64,000 nucleotides of DNA from a virus: the IMG/VR virus record IMGVR_UViG_3300025646_000028, positions 8,765-72,764 of that record. One strand, given 5' to 3'. A program made the position numbers and the translations under genes. Under the pieces are notes generated by a model that saw nothing but the letters and a program-made list of their open reading frames with translations, made no database searches and was not told where the DNA came from. Positions 30,944-40,027 of the stretch are shown piece by piece; positions within the stretch are counted from its first letter, which is position 1, and every line of letters begins with the position of its first letter.

Positions 30944-32740
30944 CTACTTAACGTTAGAACCGGAGTCGTTGCCTTCACCGTCATCGCCGAGAACATCACG
31001 TTCAAGGGTGTCGATGTAGCGTTCGACATGGGTACGATTCCACGCACCTGCACTGTGTGCAACTTTGAAGATAAAGACTTCTTTGTTATAGATAACAATA
31101 TCGCCTTTAGCATAAGCAACACTTGCAGAGAACTTCGGATAGTCTTCAAAACCTGCGACATTAGGCGAACCAGCAACACCACCTAAGTTAACACCATCGA
31201 CACGAAGGGCTTGCGCACCACTCGCTTCAATGTGGTTTTCGAAGGAGTCATTTTCAGGATCAGCTAAGAAGCTTGGTTCATACGGTGCAAACACAACTTT
31301 TTCAGTGAGAGCAGCGAGTTCCGCGTAACGTGGGATACCAAACGTAACGACAACAGCTTCAGGACGTTTAATTGCTAAACCGAAGCCGTCAACTTTAAAC
31401 CCGATGGATTGACGTTGATCAATAGGATCAGCAACACCCGAAGAGCCTAAGGCTTTAATAATGATACGTGGAGCATCAGAAACACCTTCCGTAGAAAGTT
31501 TGACTAACGCTTCAGCACCGAAGAGAATACCACGGTGAACTGGTAATTGCATAAATGCACCAGCAGCTAATAAAGCATTGACCGTAGCGATGTCACCAGT
31601 GACACCAGCAGCAAGCGCACCATATTCAACTTGTTTAGAAGTAGCATTGATTGAACGGGTTTGTTTACGTAACAACGCTTTGGTTGATGTAGGAGCAGCA
31701 GTACCTTGAACATTCGTATCCCAGGTTAAGGTTAACGAAGTAGGAACTTCCCATTGAATTAATTCTTCGATAGCAGAACCATCTTTAAGATAGCTTGTAC
31801 CAGCGACATTAACTTTAGCTTTAGTCGTGCTTGGTCCAACTTGCATTTCTTGATGCACATCTAAGTAGAAAATAGTTGCAGCATCAGCACTTAATGCATA
31901 TAAACGAATAACTTCGTTACCGTCTGCTAATTCATAGACACCAGGGAATTCGATATCAGGATACGCGAATTCATCTAACATCGTTGGGATAAAGGATAAT
32001 TCGAACATGTCGAATTGTTGTCCAGTGGTCCAGAGTTTACCAGTGGTTTGTTCGATTTCCATGTATTGTTTAACACGTGGATCATCGATAAGTCCGTTAA
32101 TAAATTCAGGTGAGCACACGTAATTAAACTTGCCGGCAACAGGTTTAACCATCATGCGTTTCATACGAGAAACTAAGAAACGGAGGTCGTCTAAACGGAT
32201 TTCATCACCGAACACTAAGTCTTGGAAACCAGATTTAAAGTTTGCAAAGAATTCGTTAGGTGTGGATAACCAGGTCTTACGAGCATAAAGTTCTTTGGTT
32301 TGGTTAGCAACTTCACCATATTGAACTGAACGTTCGGCTAAGACTTCGTTAACAATGCTTAAGTCCAATTTGTCAGTATATTCTGACCAACGTCCAAACG
32401 AGAACACGTTACCAACTTCAATAGTTTCGTAAGCATGCTTGTCAGGAGAAGGTGGAATACCTTCCTTTAATGGAGTCAACGTTGGGGTTAAGCCAGCCCA
32501 ACGACGGAAACGAGCAGTCGTTTCTCCGCGGCGAATCGTTAAAGTTTCTGCCGCAGCTAAGTGAACATAATTTTCTTCACCATATTTTAATGAGTCGAGA
32601 AGAATCGTGTTATAAAAAACGTCGGGATCAAACCCAGCGCGATACACACCATTTTCATCGTACAACATTCCGATCACGGTATTAACGTTTTTTAGATCGT
32701 GTAACGGTAATAATTTACCGCCAGCATTTGTTTGTGCCAT
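30944..32740 (-). CDS. Major capsid protein, N4-gp56 family, with insertion and C-terminal extension
   Basis: FRRW..L..LKEGIPP, FGRWSEYTD, LGSSGVADPIDQRQSIGFK; AAGGAGG RBS; codon usage typical of highly expressed genes. Confidence 0.85.
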   Translation of the reverse strand: MAQTNAGGKLLPLHDLKNVNTVIGMLYDENGVYRAGFDPDVFYNTILLDSLKYGEENYVHLAAAETLTIRRGETTARFRRWAGLTPTLTPLKEGIPPSPDKHAYETIEVGNVFSFGRWSEYTDKLDLSIVNEVLAERSVQYGEVANQTKELYARKTWLSTPNEFFANFKSGFQDLVFGDEIRLDDLRFLVSRMKRMMVKPVAGKFNYVCSPEFINGLIDDPRVKQYMEIEQTTGKLWTTGQQFDMFELSFIPTMLDEFAYPDIEFPGVYELADGNEVIRLYALSADAATIFYLDVHQEMQVGPSTTKAKVNVAGTSYLKDGSAIEELIQWEVPTSLTLTWDTNVQGTAAPTSTKALLRKQTRSINATSKQVEYGALAAGVTGDIATVNALLAAGAFMQLPVHRGILFGAEALVKLSTEGVSDAPRIIIKALGSSGVADPIDQRQSIGFKVDGFGLAIKRPEAVVVTFGIPRYAELAALTEKVVFAPYEPSFLADPENDSFENHIEASGAQALRVDGVNLGGVAGSPNVAGFEDYPKFSASVAYAKGDIVIYNKEVFIFKVAHSAGAWNRTHVERYIDTLERDVLGDDGEGNDSGSNVK

Positions 32741-32800
32741 GTGTGGCCTCCTTTTTATTGTTAGACATCACGTCACTCTTTTTTGTTAGATCCACCTAAT

Positions 32801-32941
32801 AAAAAAGCCAGAGAGATATACGAAATAATATAACGGTTAAGTCACATCATTAAGAATCTTTCTGGCTATAGGCATCCATACATGAACTGCCGAGGTTACA
32901 TATACTTCGATCTGAACACTAAAGTAGTTCGCTACTATCTA
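32801..32941 (-). ncRNA. Structured leader or small RNA upstream of the capsid gene
   Basis: Several hairpins after the promoter; long stem AGCCAGA/TCTGGCT followed by a T-tract. Confidence 0.35.
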
Positions 32942-32948
32942 CACATAT

Positions 32949-32959
32949 AATATACCACA
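32949..32959 (-). promoter_or_regulatory. Extended -10 promoter (TGTGgTATATT) for the capsid leader
   Basis: TRTG plus -10 hexamer just downstream of a terminator. Confidence 0.5.
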
Positions 32960-33010
32960 AACACACTGTGTGTTTTTGGTGTAAAGCAAGGATCTTAACA
33001 CTTGATAAAT

Positions 33011-33038
33011 AAAAAAGCACGGTATTACCGTACTTTTC
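33011..33038 (-). terminator. Intrinsic terminator
   Basis: AGTACGGT-AAT-ACCGTGCT hairpin followed by T-tract, after the basic ORF cluster. Confidence 0.75.
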
Positions 33039-33058
33039 TAGTTTAAACTTTTACAGTT

Positions 33059-33238
33059 TTATTTCTTAAATCCACGCAGGGTTATAGCAAATCTAGCACG
33101 TTGACCAAGTTTACCTGGCTTTTTAGCAGCGGCGCGTAGCTTAGACATGGGAATTTTTTCATCTTTACCTACACCTAAAGAACGTTTAAGTGATCCGGGT
33201 TTCTTGATAGCTTTTTGAATCCAATTCTTTTTAGCCAT
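33059..33238 (-). CDS. Small basic protein (MAKKNWIQKAIKKPGSL...)
   Basis: ATG at 33238 overlaps the upstream stop; K/R-rich; I recall this sequence type from environmental phages. Confidence 0.75.
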   Translation of the reverse strand: MAKKNWIQKAIKKPGSLKRSLGVGKDEKIPMSKLRAAAKKPGKLGQRARFAITLRGFKK

Positions 33239-33473
33239 TGCGATACTTTCTAACTTTCTTAGCAATGCTACTTGGCTGACGTACAAACTGTTTGCCTGCA
33301 CGCGTACCTTTTGCTTTTGCTCTATTTGTTGCAGCTCGTTCAGCCGAACTTAAAGCAGCCCACGCTTTATCAGGTAGATATCTTTTCTTACCTTTTGATG
33401 GAGATCCATCAGATGTGCGCCACTTTTGTTTAGTCCAGCGATCAAGCGACTTTTGACTTTCTCTTTTTGCCAT
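33231..33473 (-). CDS. Small basic protein (QKSL..WTKQKW..RYLP..AW; DUF5872-like)
   Basis: Motif recognised from memory; K/R-rich. Confidence 0.7.
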   Translation of the reverse strand: MAKRESQKSLDRWTKQKWRTSDGSPSKGKKRYLPDKAWAALSSAERAATNRAKAKGTRAGKQFVRQPSSIAKKVRKYRNG

Positions 33474-33537
33474 ACTTCTTTGGTGTCCATGTGCCTGATA
33501 ACGCTGTACCCTTACGCATTAAAGGTACACGTTTCAT
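33442..33537 (-). CDS. 31-aa basic peptide MKRVPLMRKGTALSGTWTPKKYGKKRKSKVA
   Basis: Translated by hand; TAATG coupling to the upstream ORF. Confidence 0.5.
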   Translation of the reverse strand: MKRVPLMRKGTALSGTWTPKKYGKKRKSKVA

Positions 33538-33638
33538 TAGTACATGCGTCCTTTAGCCATTTTGCCTTTAGCCATTTTCTTGCCTTTGGCCATTTTACCC
33601 ATAGCTTTTTTAGCCATGCCTTTTTTCTTCATCATCAT
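33537..33638 (-). CDS. 33-aa Met/Lys repeat peptide MMMKKKGMAKKAMGKMAKGKKMAKGKMAKGRMY
   Basis: Translated by hand; GGAGGAGG RBS; ATGA overlap with the upstream ORF. Confidence 0.65.
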   Translation of the reverse strand: MMMKKKGMAKKAMGKMAKGKKMAKGKMAKGRMY

Positions 33639-33775
33639 CGTTTACCACCTCCTCCTGGTTTCTTTGTTGTAACGATCTTGCTTGCACTACTGTGCTTAGC
33701 GCCTGTATGAATTTGTCCGTTCATACGGTGGACTTTGCCGGTATACTTCTTACCGCTTTTTAAATAGTACGTCAT
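33635..33775 (-). CDS. 46-aa basic peptide MTYYLKSGKKYTGKVHRMNGQIHTGAKHSS...
   Basis: Translated by hand; AAGGAGG RBS; ATGA overlap with the upstream ORF. Confidence 0.65.
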   Translation of the reverse strand: MTYYLKSGKKYTGKVHRMNGQIHTGAKHSSASKIVTTKKPGGGGKR

Positions 33776-33954
33776 CGGTATCCGCCTCCTTTAGCTTTGT
33801 ATTCTCTCGCTAGCAATTGTGCTTTGCGAGCCGACCACTGATTAGGATTACCACCTTTACCACCACGTTTTATTTTATCAAATAAATTTTTACGTAGTGT
33901 AGGTTTTGTATAATTTGCTGCTTTATTTACAGTTGACTTCTTTTTCATCACCAC
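33772..33954 (-). CDS. Small basic protein (YTKPTLR..KGG..QWSARKAQLLA.EYK..GGGY; DUF5872-like)
   Basis: Motif recognised from memory; overlaps both neighbours. Confidence 0.75.
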   Translation of the reverse strand: MVMKKKSTVNKAANYTKPTLRKNLFDKIKRGGKGGNPNQWSARKAQLLAREYKAKGGGYR

Positions 33955-34226
33955 TTAACCTTGTCTGCCCAGTAAGCTGCGGACATCTTACCTTTCGCAA
34001 TATTCTTTGCATGACGCGCTTTAAAGGACTCACGTCGTTTACGATAGCTAGCAGACTCACCTGATTTTTTAGGTGAACCTTTTACACCTTGTTGTCCAAA
34101 GCGTATCGTTTTTACTTGATCACCAGACTTTGCAACAACCACGTGTGACTTTGTAGGATGGTTAGGTGTACGTTTGGGTTTGTTATAACCTGACACACCG
34201 ATTCGTTTTAATGTAGCTTTACTCAT
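33948..34226 (-). CDS. Small basic protein (IRFGQQG..RR.SFKARH..SAAYWA..KW)
   Basis: Motif type seen in many environmental viruses; K/R-rich. Confidence 0.75.
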   Translation of the reverse strand: MSKATLKRIGVSGYNKPKRTPNHPTKSHVVVAKSGDQVKTIRFGQQGVKGSPKKSGESASYRKRRESFKARHAKNIAKGKMSAAYWADKVKW

Positions 34227-34414
34227 TGATAATACCTCTCTTCTTCTTCTTCAAAATGTTCGATAAACATTTCATGGTTCATGTAATATTTTCTACCATC
34301 TAAAAGAAATATAGTGTATAAATTATCCCCGGTTTCTTCAACAGAAACAATCGCATCGGGATTTAATAACACCATGCGTTTACTACTACCATTAAGAATT
34401 TCAATCTTGATCAT
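34223..34414 (-). CDS. Small protein, FlbD/SwrD-like
   Basis: MIKI..LNG...LNPDAIVSVEET....IFLLDGRKY resembles the FlbD family. Confidence 0.5.
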   Translation of the reverse strand: MIKIEILNGSSKRMVLLNPDAIVSVEETGDNLYTIFLLDGRKYYMNHEMFIEHFEEEEERYYQ

Positions 34415-34686
34415 AAATTTATTATACCACGTTTTCTTTTAAGCAAAACATTCTTGACAAATACTGCAATGATTACGTTTAAGATCCAGAACGGTGTAAC
34501 AGGTAGCATCATAAAAGTCCAAATGCTGCCAGCAACAATATAACCACGATTATCTTTAAGAATAAAGCCATAAATTAATGGCACCGCCCATGGGAGCGAC
34601 GTTAGTACATTGGCTACAATCCACCCAATCCATCCTTCTGCAGTCAAAAATAATTCTTTGAGCTGCTGTTTTAGTTTGTTGATCAT
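34411..34686 (-). CDS. Small membrane protein (holin-like?)
   Basis: Two to three hydrophobic segments and a basic C-terminus. Confidence 0.55.
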   Translation of the reverse strand: MINKLKQQLKELFLTAEGWIGWIVANVLTSLPWAVPLIYGFILKDNRGYIVAGSIWTFMMLPVTPFWILNVIIAVFVKNVLLKRKRGIINL

Positions 34687-34886
34687 ATTTTATTGCCATC
34701 ATCATCATATTCAGGAGGAGGTACTTCTTTTATTTTTCCATTTTCATATACAAAAATATCTACACCCATACTAAACTTTTCTTTAGTCACTTCTTTTTCA
34801 ATGGTTTCGCAACCTTCTTCTTCTTCGTAAGGATAACGACTCATTCCAGTTATCTCATTGTTTTTAATTCTAAAATATGCAATCAT
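34683..34886 (-). CDS. Small protein, possible tail fibre chaperone
   Basis: AGGAG RBS; directly follows the tail fibre gene. Confidence 0.5.
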   Translation of the reverse strand: MIAYFRIKNNEITGMSRYPYEEEEGCETIEKEVTKEKFSMGVDIFVYENGKIKEVPPPEYDDDGNKI

Positions 34887-34895
34887 ATATTACTC

Positions 34896-37800
34896 CTATT
34901 TTAAGTTATACAAACGGTATCCAATCGTTACCGTTGGTCCGGTGTGTCGTATATAAAAAGTAGTACCGCTATAATAATATTGGAAAGTAATTGTCAATGC
35001 AGACGAACCGTTGAACCAGGTGGCGCGGTAATATCTAGCAGACGTGCTTAAACTATAACTATTTTCCATAGTAACCATAAACTTTGCTATTTGATAAACA
35101 CCTGTAGTTCCATCTTGTTGTGCTTCAATATAAAAGTTTCTCATGCCACTTGTAAATGCAATACTTCCATAGTTATTTACAGATTGTGATGTAGACCCTA
35201 CTTCTTCTAGTGGTTCAACCCATACAGGTGCGCCGGATCCAGAACTTCTTAAGGTTTGGTAAGCACTACCAGCACTTGTAGGTGCATAGATTGTAGTAGC
35301 TCTTGATTGTGAAGATCCATTAACAGCAACAAGACCATAATAAATATCTCGTTCAGTAGGCAAGCTAGTGCCAGTACCAATCGCTGCGTTGCTTGTGCTA
35401 TCAATAACACCATAAGCAGCCGCTGCACCGCTGTCTGTAATGTTTGCTAATGTATGCGTGTGAGATGAAGCTGCAAATGCAGAGGCATGTTGTCCGTCTA
35501 ATAAATCAGCGTCTAAACCAGAAGATGCGCCGTCATTACCTGCGTCCCAAATTTTATATGTAGAAGTAAAATACCCACGGTAAAGATCTTGTACTTGACC
35601 TCTTAAATAAGGCCCATTATAAGTTTGAGCTGTATTAAAAGTAAGATTTCCACTGGTCGTTCCAGAAGATAAAGCAATTGAGTTTGACGTAGATAAACTA
35701 ACATTACCTGTTAATGTTGGATTTGTAAACATGGTTGCTTTAGACTCATTTGTTACATTACCAAGACCTACCATGGATGCAGTTACACCTGATACAGTAC
35801 CTGTAAATGTAGGATTACTAAACATTGTAGCTTTAGATTCGTTCGTTACATTACCAAGACCTACCATGGATGCAGTTACACCGGAAACAGTTCCTGTAAA
35901 GGTAGGACTAGTAAACATAGTTGCTTTGGATTCGTTTGTAACATTGCCTAGTCCTACATCAGTAGCAGTTGGTTTATTACCTGTGTGATAAATTGGATAA
36001 TATGTATCAGTAATATAATCTCTAACAGCACTTAACTTATCATCATAGTCAGCAATACCCCAAGCACCGGAAGTATCATTACCACCACTAGAAGGATTCG
36101 CAATAAATCTTGGCGCATATATATCACTACTAAATGTTTTAACACCAGCAACGGTTTGGTTACCTGTAAGTTTAACCACAGCATTATCATTTGCTTTTGC
36201 ATTTAAAGCATTTGTAACAGTAGAAGCAAAGTTTGCATCATCGCCTAACGCAGCAGCAAGTTCATCAAGCGTATCTAATGCACCAGGTGCAGCGTTGATT
36301 AAGTTTGCAACAGCCGTTGATACAAATGCAGTCGTTGCAATCTGTGTTGTATTTGTTCCAGCTGTAGCAGTAGGTGCGGTAGGAGTACCTGTTAATGCTG
36401 GACTTGCAATAGGTGCATAGTATGATCCATGTTGACCATCAAGCAAATCTGCATCTAATCCTGAACCACTACCATCGCTCCCACTATGCCACACTTCTTG
36501 AAGACTACTCCAAGTGTTATTGGCGCCATGTGAGTTTTTAAAAAACAGTCTATTATCTTCTCCTGTGCTGGAATAACCTATAAGTTGCCATACAGCGTAA
36601 CCATCTGCCCAACCTTTCATTGTTAAAGCAGACCACCAAGCACCATTTATGTCATCAGTAAATTCTGCACTAACTCTACCGTCATCATAATCGTTTGGCA
36701 GTTTTAAAGCGGCTCGAGTATCTTCAATATCTAAATGATATGCTTCAGCCGCAGTTCCACTTGTTGAAAGTTTACCATCAAGACTTGTTTGTAAGTTTGT
36801 TACATCACTAATCGCGTGCGTGTGACCTGCTACAGAAACACGATTGTTTAATTCGTAAATATAACCTGTGGTATTGTCAATACGAGTTGTAGGATTGCTG
36901 TAACTTTCAATATCACCTGCTACTGCAAGTGATTTATTCATATAGAACGAAGCCCTATCCGTTTCCATATGGAACCACGCTCCGTTTTTTGGTCCTAAAT
37001 CACCATACCCATTAGATGTAGTAATACGAACACTATCATTTCCACCTTCTGAAATTTTGGTTGAACTATCGTTAATATGGATTTCTCCATCAACTTCTAC
37101 GTTACCTGCAACGTGTAGTTTTTGTGATGGTGTTGTTTCTCCAATCCCAACTTTTCCGTCTTCGGTAATACGCATTCTTTCTGCCGGTGTCGGTGCTGTA
37201 GTTACATCTGTTGTGGAAAATCTTAATTCACTACTACCATCATTAGAAGCTGTTCTTATACCTTCAATTTTTGCATTATAATTTGTTTCTGTTGCCGAAG
37301 CCGATGTTCCAAATATAATACCTGCACCACCACCAAGAGTGCTTGTTCCTGTTGTGTCCATAAAAATATGGTAAGGTGATGATGTCATTGATTGTGAAAG
37401 AGTTAAAAACGAACTCGGTGTCGTAGTTCCAATACCAACTCGATTGTCAGCATCAATAACCATTTGTGTTCCGTCTTTGTTTCTAAATTGTAAACCGTCA
37501 TCTCCAAATGCACCAATGCCACCAATAGTTCCATTGTTATTTTCAAATTGAACGATTGAACCAGAGCCTGTTGTTCCTCTATCTAATATAAAAGAAGAAA
37601 ATGAACTACTTTCAATGCGTAAGTCACCAGTCATCGTCCCGCCACTTAAAGGTAAGTAATTAGCAAAGCGTGCGTCACTATTATTAATGATTGTAAATTC
37701 CCAAGTATGAACTGAAGAAGGATAGCTATAACCTGTTAGTAATAACATATCACCCGCTTCTAAATTAATTGGAACTGTATTATCTCCTTCATCTCCAGGT

Positions 37801-38855
37801 GCTTTAATTGTAAAAGCATGTCCAGACAAAGTATTTCCCGCGACAAGCGTCATGTCTTCTGAAGCAACCCAACCTCTTCCTATTTCTTCTTCGGGTTCGC
37901 TTGAAGAAATACCAGCACTACCTCCATAAAGCCACCCTTGCGTAATGCCATACATGATATTGAACATGTTATTAAGAGTAGAATTATTTAAAGTTCCACT
38001 AATTCTAATACCACCGCGAATCCACGATCCTAATTGTGAAGAAGGAATAAAACCTGCAGCATCAAGCGTAGCTACACCGTTTGCTGCACCTTTTTGTGTT
38101 AAAGGAATTTTAGCATCAAGTGTTGTTTGTAAGTTTGTTACGTCACTGATTGCGTGATCATGAGACGCTGCAGCGTAACTTCCAGCTGCTTGTGCACCAA
38201 TTTCTGCCAAACTCCAAGACACATTACCCGAACCATTAACTGATTTACCAGTGCTTCCAATTGTAATTGTTCTTGCTGTTGTCCAAGTATCTGCGTTAGG
38301 GTGATAGTTATCTGTAAATACCCTAACCCAACCACTCCAAGATGTATAGTAAGTTCTTACATACACTTTTGGATCCGTGCTATAAGTTGTATATGTTTGT
38401 GTTACAAGTCCTGCTGACTTTTGAACAAGCAAACTACCCGCTTCTCCACTTGGATAGTTGTTACCTGTTGTATCTGCGTTTGCTGTTTGATAGTAAAACC
38501 CTGCTGTTGTAATGTCATTTAAGTTTTGTGCTGATGTCAGTTCAATAGCAGTGTTGGGTGAGTAAGCAGATGCAATAGCAACAGTTGTTGCTCCAACAGA
38601 AATACCTGTGCCACCACCTACAGTAAGTGTAACATCGCCAGAAGTGCCACCACCTGTTAAACCATTTCCCGCTGTTACACCTGTGATGTCACCTGTCGCA
38701 GAACTTGGTACAGCCCATGTCCCATCTCCACGAAGAAAAGTGGTACCGCTAGGAGTACCTGTAGCAACAATGCTTGATACATTTACTTCAGGATAGTCTT
38801 GTACCCACGCACCATTACCGCTATTAGCAGTCGGATCCCATTTTTTAACTTTCAT
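34896..38855 (-). CDS. Tail fibre / receptor-binding protein
   Basis: GDITGVTAGNGLTGGG, VGIGTTTP, ERMRI..GKVGIG, SGLDADLLDG twice, APGALDTLDELAAALGDD, knob-like domain. Confidence 0.9.
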   Translation of the reverse strand: MKVKKWDPTANSGNGAWVQDYPEVNVSSIVATGTPSGTTFLRGDGTWAVPSSATGDITGVTAGNGLTGGGTSGDVTLTVGGGTGISVGATTVAIASAYSPNTAIELTSAQNLNDITTAGFYYQTANADTTGNNYPSGEAGSLLVQKSAGLVTQTYTTYSTDPKVYVRTYYTSWSGWVRVFTDNYHPNADTWTTARTITIGSTGKSVNGSGNVSWSLAEIGAQAAGSYAAASHDHAISDVTNLQTTLDAKIPLTQKGAANGVATLDAAGFIPSSQLGSWIRGGIRISGTLNNSTLNNMFNIMYGITQGWLYGGSAGISSSEPEEEIGRGWVASEDMTLVAGNTLSGHAFTIKAPGDEGDNTVPINLEAGDMLLLTGYSYPSSVHTWEFTIINNSDARFANYLPLSGGTMTGDLRIESSSFSSFILDRGTTGSGSIVQFENNNGTIGGIGAFGDDGLQFRNKDGTQMVIDADNRVGIGTTTPSSFLTLSQSMTSSPYHIFMDTTGTSTLGGGAGIIFGTSASATETNYNAKIEGIRTASNDGSSELRFSTTDVTTAPTPAERMRITEDGKVGIGETTPSQKLHVAGNVEVDGEIHINDSSTKISEGGNDSVRITTSNGYGDLGPKNGAWFHMETDRASFYMNKSLAVAGDIESYSNPTTRIDNTTGYIYELNNRVSVAGHTHAISDVTNLQTSLDGKLSTSGTAAEAYHLDIEDTRAALKLPNDYDDGRVSAEFTDDINGAWWSALTMKGWADGYAVWQLIGYSSTGEDNRLFFKNSHGANNTWSSLQEVWHSGSDGSGSGLDADLLDGQHGSYYAPIASPALTGTPTAPTATAGTNTTQIATTAFVSTAVANLINAAPGALDTLDELAAALGDDANFASTVTNALNAKANDNAVVKLTGNQTVAGVKTFSSDIYAPRFIANPSSGGNDTSGAWGIADYDDKLSAVRDYITDTYYPIYHTGNKPTATDVGLGNVTNESKATMFTSPTFTGTVSGVTASMVGLGNVTNESKATMFSNPTFTGTVSGVTASMVGLGNVTNESKATMFTNPTLTGNVSLSTSNSIALSSGTTSGNLTFNTAQTYNGPYLRGQVQDLYRGYFTSTYKIWDAGNDGASSGLDADLLDGQHASAFAASSHTHTLANITDSGAAAAYGVIDSTSNAAIGTGTSLPTERDIYYGLVAVNGSSQSRATTIYAPTSAGSAYQTLRSSGSGAPVWVEPLEEVGSTSQSVNNYGSIAFTSGMRNFYIEAQQDGTTGVYQIAKFMVTMENSYSLSTSARYYRATWFNGSSALTITFQYYYSGTTFYIRHTGPTVTIGYRLYNLK
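35705..35965 (-). repeat. 93-bp (31-aa) coding tandem repeat, about 2.7 copies
   Basis: VGLGNVTNESKATMF three times; DNA ccaagacctaccatggatgcagttacacc at 35761 and 35854. Confidence 0.85.
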
Positions 38856-38875
38856 AGGGTATCACCTACCCTACA

Positions 38876-40027
38876 TTAATTAAGATCAAACCAAATGTTG
38901 TTTGCGACTTGATAAGACGTTGAAGGAGTAGTTGTACCAGAAATAAATGGTTGTGTCATTTTTAAACCATCTGCTTCTTGTGTTAAACCAACACCAGCAG
39001 CAACACTAAAAGTTGTTCCTGATAAACCAATACCATTCCCGTCTGTGTAGGTTGTATCTGTAACTGTTTCAGTACCAGATGAAATAGCAGTAATGTGTCC
39101 AAATTCATCTAATGTAATACCTTGAATGTATGTACGACCACTGTTAGAAACAGAGGCTTGTGAAGATGTATCAGCGTGTTTAAACGTAATAACATCACTT
39201 GCTTGTTGAATTGTTAAACCAGCTGTATTACTAGTTCCGGTTGTACCAACAGCTAACGTAATATCGTCTGTACCACTGCCAGATCCTCCAGCAGTTAAAC
39301 GAATAAACGCTTCATCAGATTCTTGGCTAGCTTCTGTACTGATTGAATACGTAACAGGAAGCGCCCATGTAGCATCTCCGCGTAAAAAATAACTTTGTTG
39401 ACCAGCTGCTGCGCCAGGAACAATACCCGCTGTACCTGCTGCATTACTTGTAGCACCTGTAAACACTTCAAATGAGTTGTTAATAACAGAAGCTGTAAAC
39501 AACCAAGGAGTACTCTCAGTTCCATTACCTTCAACTTTTTCAATTACGAACCAATCCCCTACTTCAAGTGTACCTGAAGAAGCATTGGCAGTTGTATTTG
39601 TACCACCGTCTTGAGGTTTAAATTGTAATGTAGCGTATTCGCCATCGCCTGGATCACCTTCAGCAATAAAGTTTTCTGGAATACCAGTTAAAGCACTAAT
39701 GGTTCCCGCAGAAGTTATAACCCAGTAATACCCAACAACACTTCTTCCTGCAGCATCGGCTTCATATAATTTTGTAATTAAGTCTGAAGCAAGAACACCT
39801 CTTGATTGGGCTGAACCAATAGTACCAATTGTACTACCTGCAAAAAATAGACTGTCAAATACACTGTCAGGTAAATATGCAGGTAAAATTTTAGGTGAAC
39901 TTGTTCCACCACCAAAAATACTGACAAGAGTTCCAGCTCCTACATTAACTACAATGTCTGCAGCGTTTACTTTAGGGCTTTGTGCAACCCATTGGCTAGT
40001 ACCGCCATCCCATTTTTTAATAATCAT
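38876..40027 (-). CDS. Tail fibre-associated structural protein
   Basis: G/T/S-rich; GAAAGQQSYFLRGDATW, ITLDEFGHIT, GNGIGLSGTTFS fibre motifs. Confidence 0.75.
   Translation of the reverse strand: MIIKKWDGGTSQWVAQSPKVNAADIVVNVGAGTLVSIFGGGTSSPKILPAYLPDSVFDSLFFAGSTIGTIGSAQSRGVLASDLITKLYEADAAGRSVVGYYWVITSAGTISALTGIPENFIAEGDPGDGEYATLQFKPQDGGTNTTANASSGTLEVGDWFVIEKVEGNGTESTPWLFTASVINNSFEVFTGATSNAAGTAGIVPGAAAGQQSYFLRGDATWALPVTYSISTEASQESDEAFIRLTAGGSGSGTDDITLAVGTTGTSNTAGLTIQQASDVITFKHADTSSQASVSNSGRTYIQGITLDEFGHITAISSGTETVTDTTYTDGNGIGLSGTTFSVAAGVGLTQEADGLKMTQPFISGTTTPSTSYQVANNIWFDLN

Noticed and set aside
30877-30946. Possible pseudoknot (TAACCT/AGGTTA, ACGGT/ACCGT) after the capsid TAG as a readthrough or frameshift signal into the 112-aa gene
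   Set aside because: The readthrough frame stops after three codons (TTG ACT CGC TAA), the downstream gene's frame has a TGA at the junction, and the 1-nt L3 is sterically doubtful
33426-33710. + strand 94-aa His/Phe-rich ORF
   Set aside because: Antisense shadow of the coupled basic micro-ORFs, which have RBSs on the - strand
35705-35965. CRISPR-like or DGR-like repeat in the tail fibre
   Set aside because: In-frame 93-bp coding repeat with mostly synonymous changes; no unique spacers and no reverse transcriptase in the window
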